From positions 32,001 through 96,000 of the forward strand of contig JBBIOM010000004.1 of assembly GCA_037443365.1 (NCBI GenBank): a stretch of DNA of 64,000 nt, in the 5' to 3' direction. The position numbers were made by a program, and so were the translations under genes. Origin of the DNA: Armatimonadota bacterium (GTDB taxonomy: Bacteria > Sysuimicrobiota > Sysuimicrobiia > Sysuimicrobiales > Humicultoraceae). The notes beneath the pieces are model-generated. The model had not been told where the DNA came from. It made no database searches and saw only the letters and a program-made list of their open reading frames with translations. Below are positions 20,033 to 28,672 of this stretch, piece by piece (position 1 is the stretch's first letter; every line of letters starts with the position of its first letter).

Positions 20033-21198
20033 TCGCTGACGCGCACATCGGTAATGCGGGTCGTGGCCGACCAGGTGGCGAACTCCTGGCAGATGCCGGG
20101 CGACAGTTCCACCGTGGCGCGGGCCGAGCCCCCCGCGGGAATCGCTCCGACCTTGGCCACACCGGACCGGCTGTCCTGCACGAATCGGGGAGCCGGCAGC
20201 ACCAGGCGACAGCCGCCCTCTATCTGAACAGCAACCGTGGCGCCTGCCACGGCAACAGGGCTGCGGTTCGTGACCACGACCACGAACCCCGCGGCAGCGC
20301 CCAGCCACTGCACTTGAGCCTCGAGCTGCTTGCCGACTATCTGCGCGAACTGCGCCATCCCCTTGATCTCACCGGCGTGCTCGGCCAGGGCACCGGTGAT
20401 CTGCCCGATCGGCCGGATGACGACGGTGTAGCGACGGACGACCTCGCCCACCTGCAGGCGAACCTCGAAGCCCGATGTCCTCCCGCGCGGCACGGGATTG
20501 GGGTAGACGGGAGCCGTTCCCTCTGCCACACGGCGCCCGGCTTCGCCAAACGCCCGCACCTCAGCGTAGACGGACATCGCCGGGCCCTGGTTCTCCACTG
20601 TGCCTGCGACGATCAGCGTGGCATCCTCTACGCGCGCGGACGATGCCCGGATACTCCACGCGGCAGGCTGCGCCGTGGGCGCAGCGGTGGGCGCCCCTGG
20701 CTGTGGGCGGGGCGCTGGCACTTCGACGCGCAGGCCTGTCTCTGCCCTGAAGACCTCCACCGTCTCGGCCTTCTCACGACGCACCAGGAAGGCCACACCG
20801 GCGAAGGGGTAGGAGAGAAGGTCTCCGTCCGGGGTCGCCGTGACGACGCTCGCGGACGCGCCCGCATAAGCGCTCCGAACCGCGGCGAGGGTGGAGCCAG
20901 GTCCGATGCCGCGCGCCGTGCGGCACGCCGGCGTGCGCGTGCTGATGCGCTCGACGAACCCGTAGTCGGTCACCATCTGTGCCCAGGGCTCGCGCAGGGC
21001 GTAGACCACGCGCGTTCCCGACTCCACCGCGCGCAGGGGCGTGCCCGTGGTGGCAATGGCCGCGGCCACACCCATCCCGAGCCGCACCCCGGCGATGCCG
21101 GCACCTTCCGCGATCACGCACTCGGCCGGACCTCCAGCGGACCAGCGACCCGGCGCCGCCAGCACCAGCGCGACTGCAAGAACCCACGCTCTGCGCAT
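20029..21198 (-). CDS. Hypothetical exported multidomain protein (central FxLYD-like beta domain)
   Basis: Signal-peptide-like MRRAWVLAVALVLAA; Pro-rich linker; IVAGTVENQG...FEV segment resembles FxLYD domains; start approximate. Confidence 0.55.
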   Translation of the reverse strand: MRRAWVLAVALVLAAPGRWSAGGPAECVIAEGAGIAGVRLGMGVAAAIATTGTPLRAVESGTRVVYALREPWAQMVTDYGFVERISTRTPACRTARGIGPGSTLAAVRSAYAGASASVVTATPDGDLLSYPFAGVAFLVRREKAETVEVFRAETGLRVEVPAPRPQPGAPTAAPTAQPAAWSIRASSARVEDATLIVAGTVENQGPAMSVYAEVRAFGEAGRRVAEGTAPVYPNPVPRGRTSGFEVRLQVGEVVRRYTVVIRPIGQITGALAEHAGEIKGMAQFAQIVGKQLEAQVQWLGAAAGFVVVVTNRSPVAVAGATVAVQIEGGCRLVLPAPRFVQDSRSGVAKVGAIPAGGSARATVELSPGICQEFATWSATTRITDVRVSD

Positions 21199-21288
21199 CC
21201 GCACGGCAATCACCACCTGGATACTACGACGCAACGCCCAAAGTCCCTCCACCGGCCGTGATGCTGCGTGATCGAGAACCCGGCCTTC

Positions 21289-21317
21289 TTGCCGATCGCG
21301 CAGGGCGCGCTTACAAT
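21289..21317 (+). promoter_or_regulatory. Probable promoter of selC
   Basis: TTGCCG (21289-21294), 17-bp spacer, TACAAT (21312-21317), 24 bp upstream of the tRNA. Confidence 0.65.
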
Positions 21318-21341
21318 CTAGCTGCGGCCCGAAGGCCGCGC

Positions 21342-21436
21342 GGAGGGCATTGTTCGCTGGTGCGGGCCCCGGTCTTCAAAACCGGTCGCTGGGCTTGACG
21401 GTCCAGGCTGGGTTCGATTCCCAGGGCCCTCCGCCA
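21342..21436 (+). tRNA. selC: tRNA-Sec (anticodon UCA)
   Basis: 95 nt; 6-bp D stem with 4-nt TGGT loop; anticodon loop CT-TCA-AA (TCA 21376-21378); long variable arm; CTGGG-TTCGATT-CCCAG T arm; G73-CCA end. Confidence 0.96.
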
Positions 21437-21486
21437 GCCCCTGCTGTGGAGGGCATAGCAGCCGCCTGACCCGAGGAGCCCCGAAC

Positions 21487-21846
21487 ATGATCTCTCATTC
21501 ACGCGCAGCAGGGGGCCTGATCCTGCTTCTCATCGTCACGATATCCGCCGCGACCGGTGCCGTCATCACGAGGGCGGTGGATCAGGCCAGGGGCGTGCGG
21601 GTCTCCATGGGGTATGATGGCAGCGAAGTGCTCCTCTGGAACTCCACGGCCCAGACCTGGAGAATCTGCTCGGTGGTCCTGGACAACCGCTACGGCCTGG
21701 AGACCGCAAGCATCCCGGTGCGCACCCTGCTGATGCTTCCCAAGCGCCTGTTCGGAGCACCCGATGATTGGGAGCCGCGGCGGGCGGTCGTACGGTGTGA
21801 GGAACCCAGGAGCGGTTCCTGGGAGAGCCGGGTCAGCCCTTACTAG
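21487..21846 (+). CDS. Hypothetical membrane-anchored or exported protein
   Basis: GAGGAG RBS, N-terminal hydrophobic helix, two Cys. Confidence 0.5.
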   Translation: MISHSRAAGGLILLLIVTISAATGAVITRAVDQARGVRVSMGYDGSEVLLWNSTAQTWRICSVVLDNRYGLETASIPVRTLLMLPKRLFGAPDDWEPRRAVVRCEEPRSGSWESRVSPY

Positions 21847-21902
21847 CGCCGATACGGCGCCCGACCGATGGCCTGCTTCCATGCTGGCCGATAGGGTGAA
21901 GC

Positions 21903-23003
21903 GTGATGGGACCCGCAGACGCCGGCCGCCAGCAGCCCGGCCCGCCCCTGGCGCAGCCTGCGGCGACGCACGCCCGCAGAAACCCGATCCGGCGCCTGGC
22001 CCGGGCGCCGCTGCTGCTCAAGATCCTGGTGGCCAACGCCGGCATCGTGGTGCTGGGCGCCGTGGCCGGGACAGCGATCTCGCTCCGCCACGGTGCCGTC
22101 CATCCCGGCGCCCCGCACTACGACCTTATGATCCTCTTTGGGACAGCCGGCGTGGCGGTGAGCGTGGCCGTCAACTTCCTGGTGCTGCGGGCCGTGTTGA
22201 GGCCACTGGATCACCTGCAGCGGGCCGTGGACGCGGTGGCCGAGGGGGAGCGCGGCGTGCGCGTGGCACGCTACGGCCTCTCCGATGACCGCCTCGACCA
22301 CCTGGCCGACACCTTTGACCGCATGATCGCGGCGCTGGAGGAGCAGGCCGAGCGGCTGCGGCTGTTGCCCGGGCAGATCCTCCGGGCGCAGGAGGAGGAG
22401 CGGCGCCGGGTGGCGCGCGAACTGCACGACGAGGCCGCCCAGTCGCTCACATCGCTGCTGGTGCGCCTGCGGCTGCTGGAGCAGGCCCAGGCGCCGGAGG
22501 CGGCGCAGCAGCGGGTCGCCGAGCTGCGCCGGCTCACAGCGCGGGCCCTCGACGACGTGCGGCGGATCGCCCTGGAGATGCGGCCCTCGGTTCTCGACGA
22601 CCTGGGGCTGGCTGATGCGCTCCACGCGCACGTCGACGGCCTCAACGCGTCTGGCAGTACGCGGATCAGCCTGCTGACCGAGGGCCTCGGCGTCCGCCTG
22701 GAACCCGGGGTGGAGTTGGCCCTCTACCGGGTGGCCCAGGAGGCACTGACCAACGCCAGGCGGCACGCCCGGGCGTCGGCGGCACGGGTGCGGATCCACC
22801 GGGAGGGGTCCGACGTCGTCCTGGAGGTGGAGGATGACGGCGCCGGCTTCGACCCGCATCAGGCCTCCTCCAGAGGGAGCGGGCTAGGCCTGGCCGGCAT
22901 GCGCGAGCGCATGGGTCTGATTGGCGGGACGCTGACGATCAGGTCAGCCCCAGGGCAGGGGACCACGGTGGTGGCGCGGGTCAGCCTGAGGGAGCGGAGG
23001 TAG
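21903..23003 (+). CDS. Sensor histidine kinase (2 TM, HAMP, HisKA_3/NarX-type, HATPase)
   Basis: EERRRVARELHDE H-box, QEALTNARRH N-box, EDDGAGF and GLGLAGMRER G-boxes. Confidence 0.92.
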   Translation: MMGPADAGRQQPGPPLAQPAATHARRNPIRRLARAPLLLKILVANAGIVVLGAVAGTAISLRHGAVHPGAPHYDLMILFGTAGVAVSVAVNFLVLRAVLRPLDHLQRAVDAVAEGERGVRVARYGLSDDRLDHLADTFDRMIAALEEQAERLRLLPGQILRAQEEERRRVARELHDEAAQSLTSLLVRLRLLEQAQAPEAAQQRVAELRRLTARALDDVRRIALEMRPSVLDDLGLADALHAHVDGLNASGSTRISLLTEGLGVRLEPGVELALYRVAQEALTNARRHARASAARVRIHREGSDVVLEVEDDGAGFDPHQASSRGSGLGLAGMRERMGLIGGTLTIRSAPGQGTTVVARVSLRERR

Positions 23004-23008
23004 CCGGG

Positions 23009-23671
23009 ATGTCGGGGCCCATCCGCGTTCTGCTTGCCGATGACCACCCTGTTCTCCGTACCGGGCTGCGCACGTTGCTGGAGCAGGAACCCGACATGGC
23101 CGTTGTGGGTGAGGCCTCCGACGGGCACGAGGCGGTCGCTCTGGCGCAGCGGCTGCGCCCCGACGTGATCGTAATGGACATTAGCATGCCCGGGCTGGAC
23201 GGCCTTGAGGCCACGCGCCGGATACGCGCCCTCGGCCTGTCCTCCCCCGTCTTGATCCTGACGGTGCACGCCCAGGAGCGGTACCTGTTTCCGGTGCTCA
23301 AGGCCGGAGCCGCGGGCTACCTGAACAAGACCGCGGCGGACATGGAACTCGTGGCCGCGGCGCGCACCGTAGCCGGCGGTGGGGCGTTCCTGCACCCGGG
23401 CGCCACGCGCATGCTGCTCGAGGACTTCGTGACCCGCGTGCACACGGGCGCGGAGAAGGACAGCTTCGACCGGCTCAGCGAGCGAGAGCGCGAGGTCCTG
23501 AGGATGGTGGCCTCGGGTTACACTTCACGCGAGATCGCCGACCATCTCAGCCTGAGCCCAAAGAGCGTGGAGACGTATCGCGCCCGCATCATGGAGAAAC
23601 TGGAGCTGTCGACCCGCGCCGAGCTAGTGCGCTACGCCCTGCGGCGCGGCCTGCTGACAGGAGACGTGTAG
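23009..23671 (+). CDS. NarL/LuxR-family response regulator (NreC-like)
   Basis: LADDH, MDISMP, YLNK receiver motifs; LSEREREVL...SPKSVETYR HTH. Confidence 0.93.
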   Translation: MSGPIRVLLADDHPVLRTGLRTLLEQEPDMAVVGEASDGHEAVALAQRLRPDVIVMDISMPGLDGLEATRRIRALGLSSPVLILTVHAQERYLFPVLKAGAAGYLNKTAADMELVAAARTVAGGGAFLHPGATRMLLEDFVTRVHTGAEKDSFDRLSEREREVLRMVASGYTSREIADHLSLSPKSVETYRARIMEKLELSTRAELVRYALRRGLLTGDV

Positions 23672-23707
23672 CTCAGCCGGTCGGGTAGCATTCCTGCCCG
23701 GGCATCC

Positions 23708-23749
23708 GTAGGGAAAACTTCCGCCAAGAAAATCCGACTTTTCCTGATT
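23708..23749 (+). promoter_or_regulatory. Candidate response-regulator binding sites upstream of the psr operon
   Basis: AT-rich island in GC-rich DNA: GTAGGGAAAACTTCC and AATCCGACTTTTCCTGATT (AATC...GATT ends). Confidence 0.35.
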
Positions 23750-23785
23750 TCGCACCGCCTCTGCGCCGGTCACCATAGGGGCCGG

Positions 23786-24247
23786 GTGATGGATCCGATG
23801 GCCTTCTTCCTGCTTGTGGCCGAGTGCGACGCCGATTTCCGCGAGACGCTGCGGGAGATGACCGGCGCAGTGCGAGCCGCCCTTCCGATTGATCTTGAGG
23901 TCCAGGAAGCCACTTCGGCGAGTGAGACTCGCGTCACGCTCCAGGAACGGCGTCCCGATGCGCTGCTCCTGGACTGGAATGTGACGGCCGAGGGGACCGT
24001 GCCCTTCGTTCAAGAACTCCAGGGCCTCGCCCCCGGCATACGCATCATGGTGATGCTGCCCGAGGCGGCCGGGGAGTACCGGAGGGCCGTCTGGGCGGCA
24101 GGCGCCTGCGCGGGCATGCCGCGCGACCGCCTTGACGCCGAGTGCCTGGCCACGGCCATCTGCATCATGCAGCGCGCCAAGATGCGCGAGACGGCGCTGC
24201 GCTCCCGCGTGAGGGAACTCTGCCCGGCTACGGCCGAAGTGCTGTGA
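23786..24247 (+). CDS. Stand-alone atypical receiver-domain protein
   Basis: PDALLLDW with the phospho-Asp position kept; other receiver residues degenerate; 5 Cys; TGATG overlap with psrA. Confidence 0.65.
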   Translation: MMDPMAFFLLVAECDADFRETLREMTGAVRAALPIDLEVQEATSASETRVTLQERRPDALLLDWNVTAEGTVPFVQELQGLAPGIRIMVMLPEAAGEYRRAVWAAGACAGMPRDRLDAECLATAICIMQRAKMRETALRSRVRELCPATAEVL

Positions 24248-26535
24248 TGAGGGTCTCCCGCAGGGAGTTCATGGTACTCGGCACCGGTGCCGCGGGTGCG
24301 CTGGCGGCGGCCTCTGCGCCCAGCCTGCTGCGCCGGTTCTTGCCGCCTCGCCGACGCTTCTGGTACCAGAACGCCACGACCGCCATCCCGACCGTGTGCG
24401 AGATGTGCCTGTGGCGGTGCGGCGCCATCGCACACGTTGCCGACGGCCGCGTGTGGAAGATTGACGGGCATCCCGACAACCCCAAGTCCAATGGTCGGCT
24501 GTGTGCGAGGGGCTTGGGAGGCCTGGGCGAGCTCTACGATCCCGACCGGCTCAAGAAGCCCCTGATCCGCACCGGGAAGCGGGGCGAGGGGACGTTTCGA
24601 GAGGCGTCCTGGGACGAGGCGCTCGACCTGTCGGCCAAGGCGCTGCTGGAGATCAAGGAGCAGTACGGTCCCGAGGCCGTCGCCTTCTTCGGGCACTATG
24701 CCGGGGACAAATGGTTCGTGGACTACCTGGCGCCAGCCTGGGGGTCTCCCAACGCCGGCAAACCCTCCGTAGCCCTGTGCACCACGCCCCGAGAGGTCGC
24801 GAGCAACCTGACCTTCGGCAGGCCGATTGGTGGCCACGAGCCGGTGGACTGGGACGATGTCCGCTACCTCGTGCTTTTCGGCACCCATATCGGCGAGAAC
24901 GCCCACAACACCATGATGCAGCAGTTCGCCGCAGCCCGGGCCCGGGGCGCCAAGGTCGCTGTCGTGGATCCTCGCTTCTCCACGGTGGCCTCTAAGGCCG
25001 ACCGGTACCTGCCGATCAAGCCCGGCACCGACACCGCGCTGCTGCTTGCCTGGATGCACTGGCTCATCGCCCGCGGCCACTACGACGCTGATTACATAGC
25101 GCGGTACGCCGAGGGCTTCGACAAACTTGCCGAGCACGTGAAGCCCTTCACGCCGGAGTGGGCCGCGAAGATCACCGATCTACCGGTCGAGCAGGTCGTG
25201 GAGGTCGCGAAGGACCTCTGCCGCTATCGGCCGCAGGCGGTCCTGGTGCCCGGCCGGCACGTGGTGTGGTACGGCAACGACACCCAGCGGATGCGGGCGC
25301 TGTACCTGGTCAACATCCTGCTGGGCAACTACGGCCGGCGCGGCGGGTTCTACATCGCGGAGTCGCCGTACATCGAGGACTACCCGCTGCCGCCGTTTCC
25401 TATCGGATCCGAAGCGGGCGGCTGAGCAGGTCCTGCGCCCTCCGGTCCGGAGGGCCCCTCAGATCGGAAGCCGCGCGCCGACGGGCAGGGAGCGCGGTTC
25501 CTGCGGGGCGGCGTCGCCATCCAGGAACTGGTCGAGCCCATGGTCTCGGGCCAGCCGTACCCGATCAAGGGCCTGGTGAGCTACGCCGTCAACCTGTTCC
25601 ACACCCTTCCGAATCCGGCACGCACACGCGAGGCCCTGGAGCGGCTCGACTTCCACCTGGCCATAGACATCCTGCCGCAGGAGCACACGCGCTGGGCCGA
25701 CGTCGTGCTCCCCGAGTGCACCTATCTCGAGCGCTACGACGACCTCATCACCGTGGCCCACAAGCGGCCCTTCATCGCGCTGCGGCAGCCTGTCGTTCAG
25801 CCCATGCACGACACCAAGCCGGGCTGGTGGATCGCCCGCGAACTGGGGCTCCGCCTGGGGCTGGAGCAGTACTTCCCCTGGAAGACGATCGAGGAGTACC
25901 TGGAGCAGCGCCTCAACTCGGTGGGCCTCACGCTGGAGGAGATGAAGCAGAAGGGCGTCAGCATCCAGAAGGGCCGGCCGTACCTGGAGGACTGGGAGGG
26001 GAGAGGGACGCCCTTCAAGATGACCGGGGGCAAGATCGTGATCTACTGCGAAGAACTCGCGAAGGCTGGGCACGATCCGCTGCCCCGCTACGAGCCGACC
26101 CCCGAGCCCCCAGAAGGGTACTTCCGGCTCATCTATGGCCGCGCGCCCGTCCACACTTTCGCGCGCACGCAGAACAACCCGGTGCTCGCCCGGCTGATGG
26201 CCGATAACGAGGTCTGGATCAATCGCGAGGCGGCCGCCGATCTCGGCCTCGCCGACGGTGATCGCGTCATGCTGGTCAACCAGGATGGCGCCAGGAGCGG
26301 GCCGGTCAGGGTGCGGGCCACCTCGCGCATCCGCAGGGACTGCGTCTACATGGTGCACGGTTTCGGCCACAACGCCCCTGGGATGCGCCGGGCCCACGGT
26401 CGAGGGGCCAGCGATACGGCACTGCAAACCCGTTATGCCATCGACCCGATCAGCGGTGGAGCCGGGTTGCGAGTCAACTTCGTCCGGCTGGAGCGGGGCA
26501 GCCGCACATCGCACCGCGCGGCCGGGAGGGCGTAG
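24247..26535 (+). CDS. psrA: Polysulfide/thiosulfate reductase catalytic subunit (Mo/W-bisPGD, PsrA/PhsA family); predicted selenoprotein with Sec at codon 393 (UGA 25423-25425)
   Basis: Tat signal SRREFM; FS0 motif CEMCLWRC...LCARG; Mo-ligand motif SVALCTTPRE; ORFs 24142..25425 and 25540..26535 are in one frame with only one TGA between them; 762 aa when read through; SECIS-like hairpin downstream; selABC nearby. Confidence 0.9.
25422..25462 (+). promoter_or_regulatory. Bacterial SECIS-like element of psrA
   Basis: Upper stem GCCCTCC (25437-25443)/GGAGGGC (25449-25455) with a GGTCC loop, starting 11 nt after the UGA; lower pairing CTGAG (25422-25426)/CTCAG (25458-25462). Confidence 0.82.
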
Positions 26536-26538
26536 GCG

Positions 26539-27111
26539 ATGGCGCGCTTTGGGATGGCGGTGGACCTCGATCGGTGCGTCGGTTGTCAGGCCTGCGCGGT
26601 AGCCTGCGCTGTGGAGAACGAGGTTCCCGAGGGCTTCGCGCGCCGGAGGGTAGGCGAGGTGGTCGCCGGTTGGGACCTCGACGACCTGCGTCTCCAGTTC
26701 CTGCACATGCAGTGCTACCACTGCGCCAACCCCCCCTGCATCCTGGTCTGCCCCACCGGCGCGACCTACATCAACCGCGACGGCCTCTGCCTTGTGGACT
26801 ACAACATCTGCATCGGCTGCCGGGCATGCGTCTCCGCCTGTCCCTACGGGATGCGCTACCCGCATCCGCGCGGCTTCGTGGACAAGTGCTCCATGTGTGA
26901 CCACCGGATCCACAGCGACCGTCATCCGGCCTGCGTCGAAGCGTGCCCCGCAGGAGCACTGGTCTTCGGTGACCTCGACGACCCGAACAGCGCCATCAGC
27001 CAGGCCGCCGCCGCGGCAAGCCGCGTCGAGGCAGACCGCCCAGAGACCGGCGCCCGGCCCAAGTTCCTCTTCCTCAACGCCCGGGTCAGTCCGCAGGAGG
27101 TGCGTCGGTGA
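26539..27111 (+). CDS. psrB: 4x[4Fe-4S] electron-transfer subunit (PsrB/NrfC family)
   Basis: CVGCQACAVAC, CYHCANPPCILVCP, CIGCRACVSACP, KCSMC...PACVEACP. Confidence 0.92.
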   Translation: MARFGMAVDLDRCVGCQACAVACAVENEVPEGFARRRVGEVVAGWDLDDLRLQFLHMQCYHCANPPCILVCPTGATYINRDGLCLVDYNICIGCRACVSACPYGMRYPHPRGFVDKCSMCDHRIHSDRHPACVEACPAGALVFGDLDDPNSAISQAAAAASRVEADRPETGARPKFLFLNARVSPQEVRR

Positions 27112-28034
27112 TCGAACTTCGCGACTCGGTCCTCAACACAACACTCCATCTGTGGGGCTGGGAGGTGGCGGTCTACCTGTTCCTGGGCGGCCTGGCAGCC
27201 GGGCTGCTGATCTTCGCCTCATCGGCGCACCTGGCCGGCCGTCGGCGGGAGTACTACCCAGCGGTCCGCGCGGCGACGCTGTGGACCCCGCCGATCATCC
27301 TGGTCGGCTTGGTCTCCCTCTGGCTCGACCTGGGCAGCAAGTGGAACCCGTTCTGGTTGTACCTGACCTTCCGGCCGTTGAGCCCGATGTCGTGGGGCGC
27401 CTGGATCCTGATCGCGGTGCTGCTCACCTCCTCGCTGGCCTCGGTCCCGGCGATCGCCGCACGAGGGGCATGGCCATGGCATCGGTCGAGAACAGCCCTA
27501 GACCGCCTCGCGCGATGGGTGGGGCCGCGCGTGCGCACGCTCTCTTGGTGGAATCTTGGCATGGGCGTGGCCCTGGGGGTCTATACCGGCGTCCTCCTCG
27601 GGACCATGGTCGCGCGCCCGGCGCTCAACAGCCCGCTGCTCGGCCCGCTGTTTCTGGTCTCCGGAGCATCTACCGCCGGGGCCCTGATCGTGATCCTCAT
27701 CCCCGGCGGGCCGTGGGGTCGCCTGCTGACCCGTGCCGAGGTGGCAGTGAAACTGATCAAGTTCTCGATGCTCGGGCTGTATCTGGTTGGCCTGGCGACC
27801 TCCACCGCCTATGCACAGGCCGCCGCCGCCACGCTGGTAGCCGGTGCCTGGGCCTGGGTATTCTGGCCGGTCGTCGTGGTGGCAGGCGTGCTGGCGCCTC
27901 TGGGGATCGCGCTGGCTGAGATCGTCACACACCGTGTCAGCCGCGCCCTGGCACTGCTATCCAGTTCGATGGTCCTGGCAGGCGGGCTGGCTCTCAGGAT
28001 CGTGCTGGTGTACGCCGGACAGCGCGGATTCTGA
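27108..28034 (+). CDS. psrC: NrfD/PsrC-family membrane anchor (quinone-interacting)
   Basis: WGWEVAVYLFLGGLAAG, SPMSWGAWIL and YTGVLL motifs; about 8 TM. Confidence 0.9.
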   Translation: MIELRDSVLNTTLHLWGWEVAVYLFLGGLAAGLLIFASSAHLAGRRREYYPAVRAATLWTPPIILVGLVSLWLDLGSKWNPFWLYLTFRPLSPMSWGAWILIAVLLTSSLASVPAIAARGAWPWHRSRTALDRLARWVGPRVRTLSWWNLGMGVALGVYTGVLLGTMVARPALNSPLLGPLFLVSGASTAGALIVILIPGGPWGRLLTRAEVAVKLIKFSMLGLYLVGLATSTAYAQAAAATLVAGAWAWVFWPVVVVAGVLAPLGIALAEIVTHRVSRALALLSSSMVLAGGLALRIVLVYAGQRGF

Positions 28035-28137
28035 ACCGCGAAGGGAGGGAGACAGACTACTACCCGCATCCAGTTCGTCACGTGAAGGCCGCTCGTGAAC
28101 GAGCCCGACAACAACCATGCTTCAGGGAGGGAGTTTG

Positions 28138-28587
28138 ATGAAGAGAGCACACCTGGTCATTCTCGGCCTGGCCATCGCCATGGTCGTGGCAGCGCCGGCC
28201 GTCAGCAGGGAGTGGATCGAGCGGCCGTTCGTGACAGCCGCCGAGCGGATGCTGGCGACAATGCCGGCCGACTTCTTCCAGATGGATCCGACGGCTGTCC
28301 AGCGGCTGATGGAGACCGCTCAGCCGCTGATCCTCGACGTGCGTGAGAAAGCGGAGTGGGACGCCGAGCGCATCGCCGGCTCGGTGCACGTGCCGATCCG
28401 CGAGTTGGCCAAGTTCATTGACAGGCTGCCCGACAGCAGGGGTGCACCGATCGTGGCCGTGTGCAAGATCGGCTACCGCGGCGGGATCGCCATGACGATG
28501 CTGCGCATGTGGGGGTACACCAACGTGCGCGCGATGCGCGGCGGGCTCGACGCCTGGAAGGCCGCCGGGCTGCCCGTGACCAAGTAG
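28138..28587 (+). CDS. Exported rhodanese-domain sulfurtransferase
   Basis: Signal peptide (MKRAHLVILGLAIAMVVAAPA); LDVRE, VCKIGYR active loop, GGLDAW. Confidence 0.85.
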   Translation: MKRAHLVILGLAIAMVVAAPAVSREWIERPFVTAAERMLATMPADFFQMDPTAVQRLMETAQPLILDVREKAEWDAERIAGSVHVPIRELAKFIDRLPDSRGAPIVAVCKIGYRGGIAMTMLRMWGYTNVRAMRGGLDAWKAAGLPVTK

Positions 28588-28620
28588 CACCGGGCCCGGG
28601 ACATAGGATCGTCCAACACC

Positions 28621-28657
28621 GCGGTCCCGGGAGGGTTCCTCCCGGGACCGCCCCTTT
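28621..28657. terminator. Perfect 14-bp hairpin closing the psr operon, between convergent genes
   Basis: GCGGTCCCGGGAGG-GTT-CCTCCCGGGACCGC (28621-28651); only a short T run follows. Confidence 0.7.
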
Positions 28658-28672
28658 GCGCGACAATCCGTG

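Noticed and set aside
24142-26535. psrA as a nonsense pseudogene or as two separate genes
   Set aside because: The fragments share a frame with a single TGA, a SECIS-like hairpin sits at the expected spacing, the intervening sequence is protein-like, and psrBC and selABC are intact
21342-28660. Integrative element inserted at selC carrying the psr genes
   Set aside because: No integrase or transposase, no duplicated tRNA 3' end found by eye, and no obvious compositional shift
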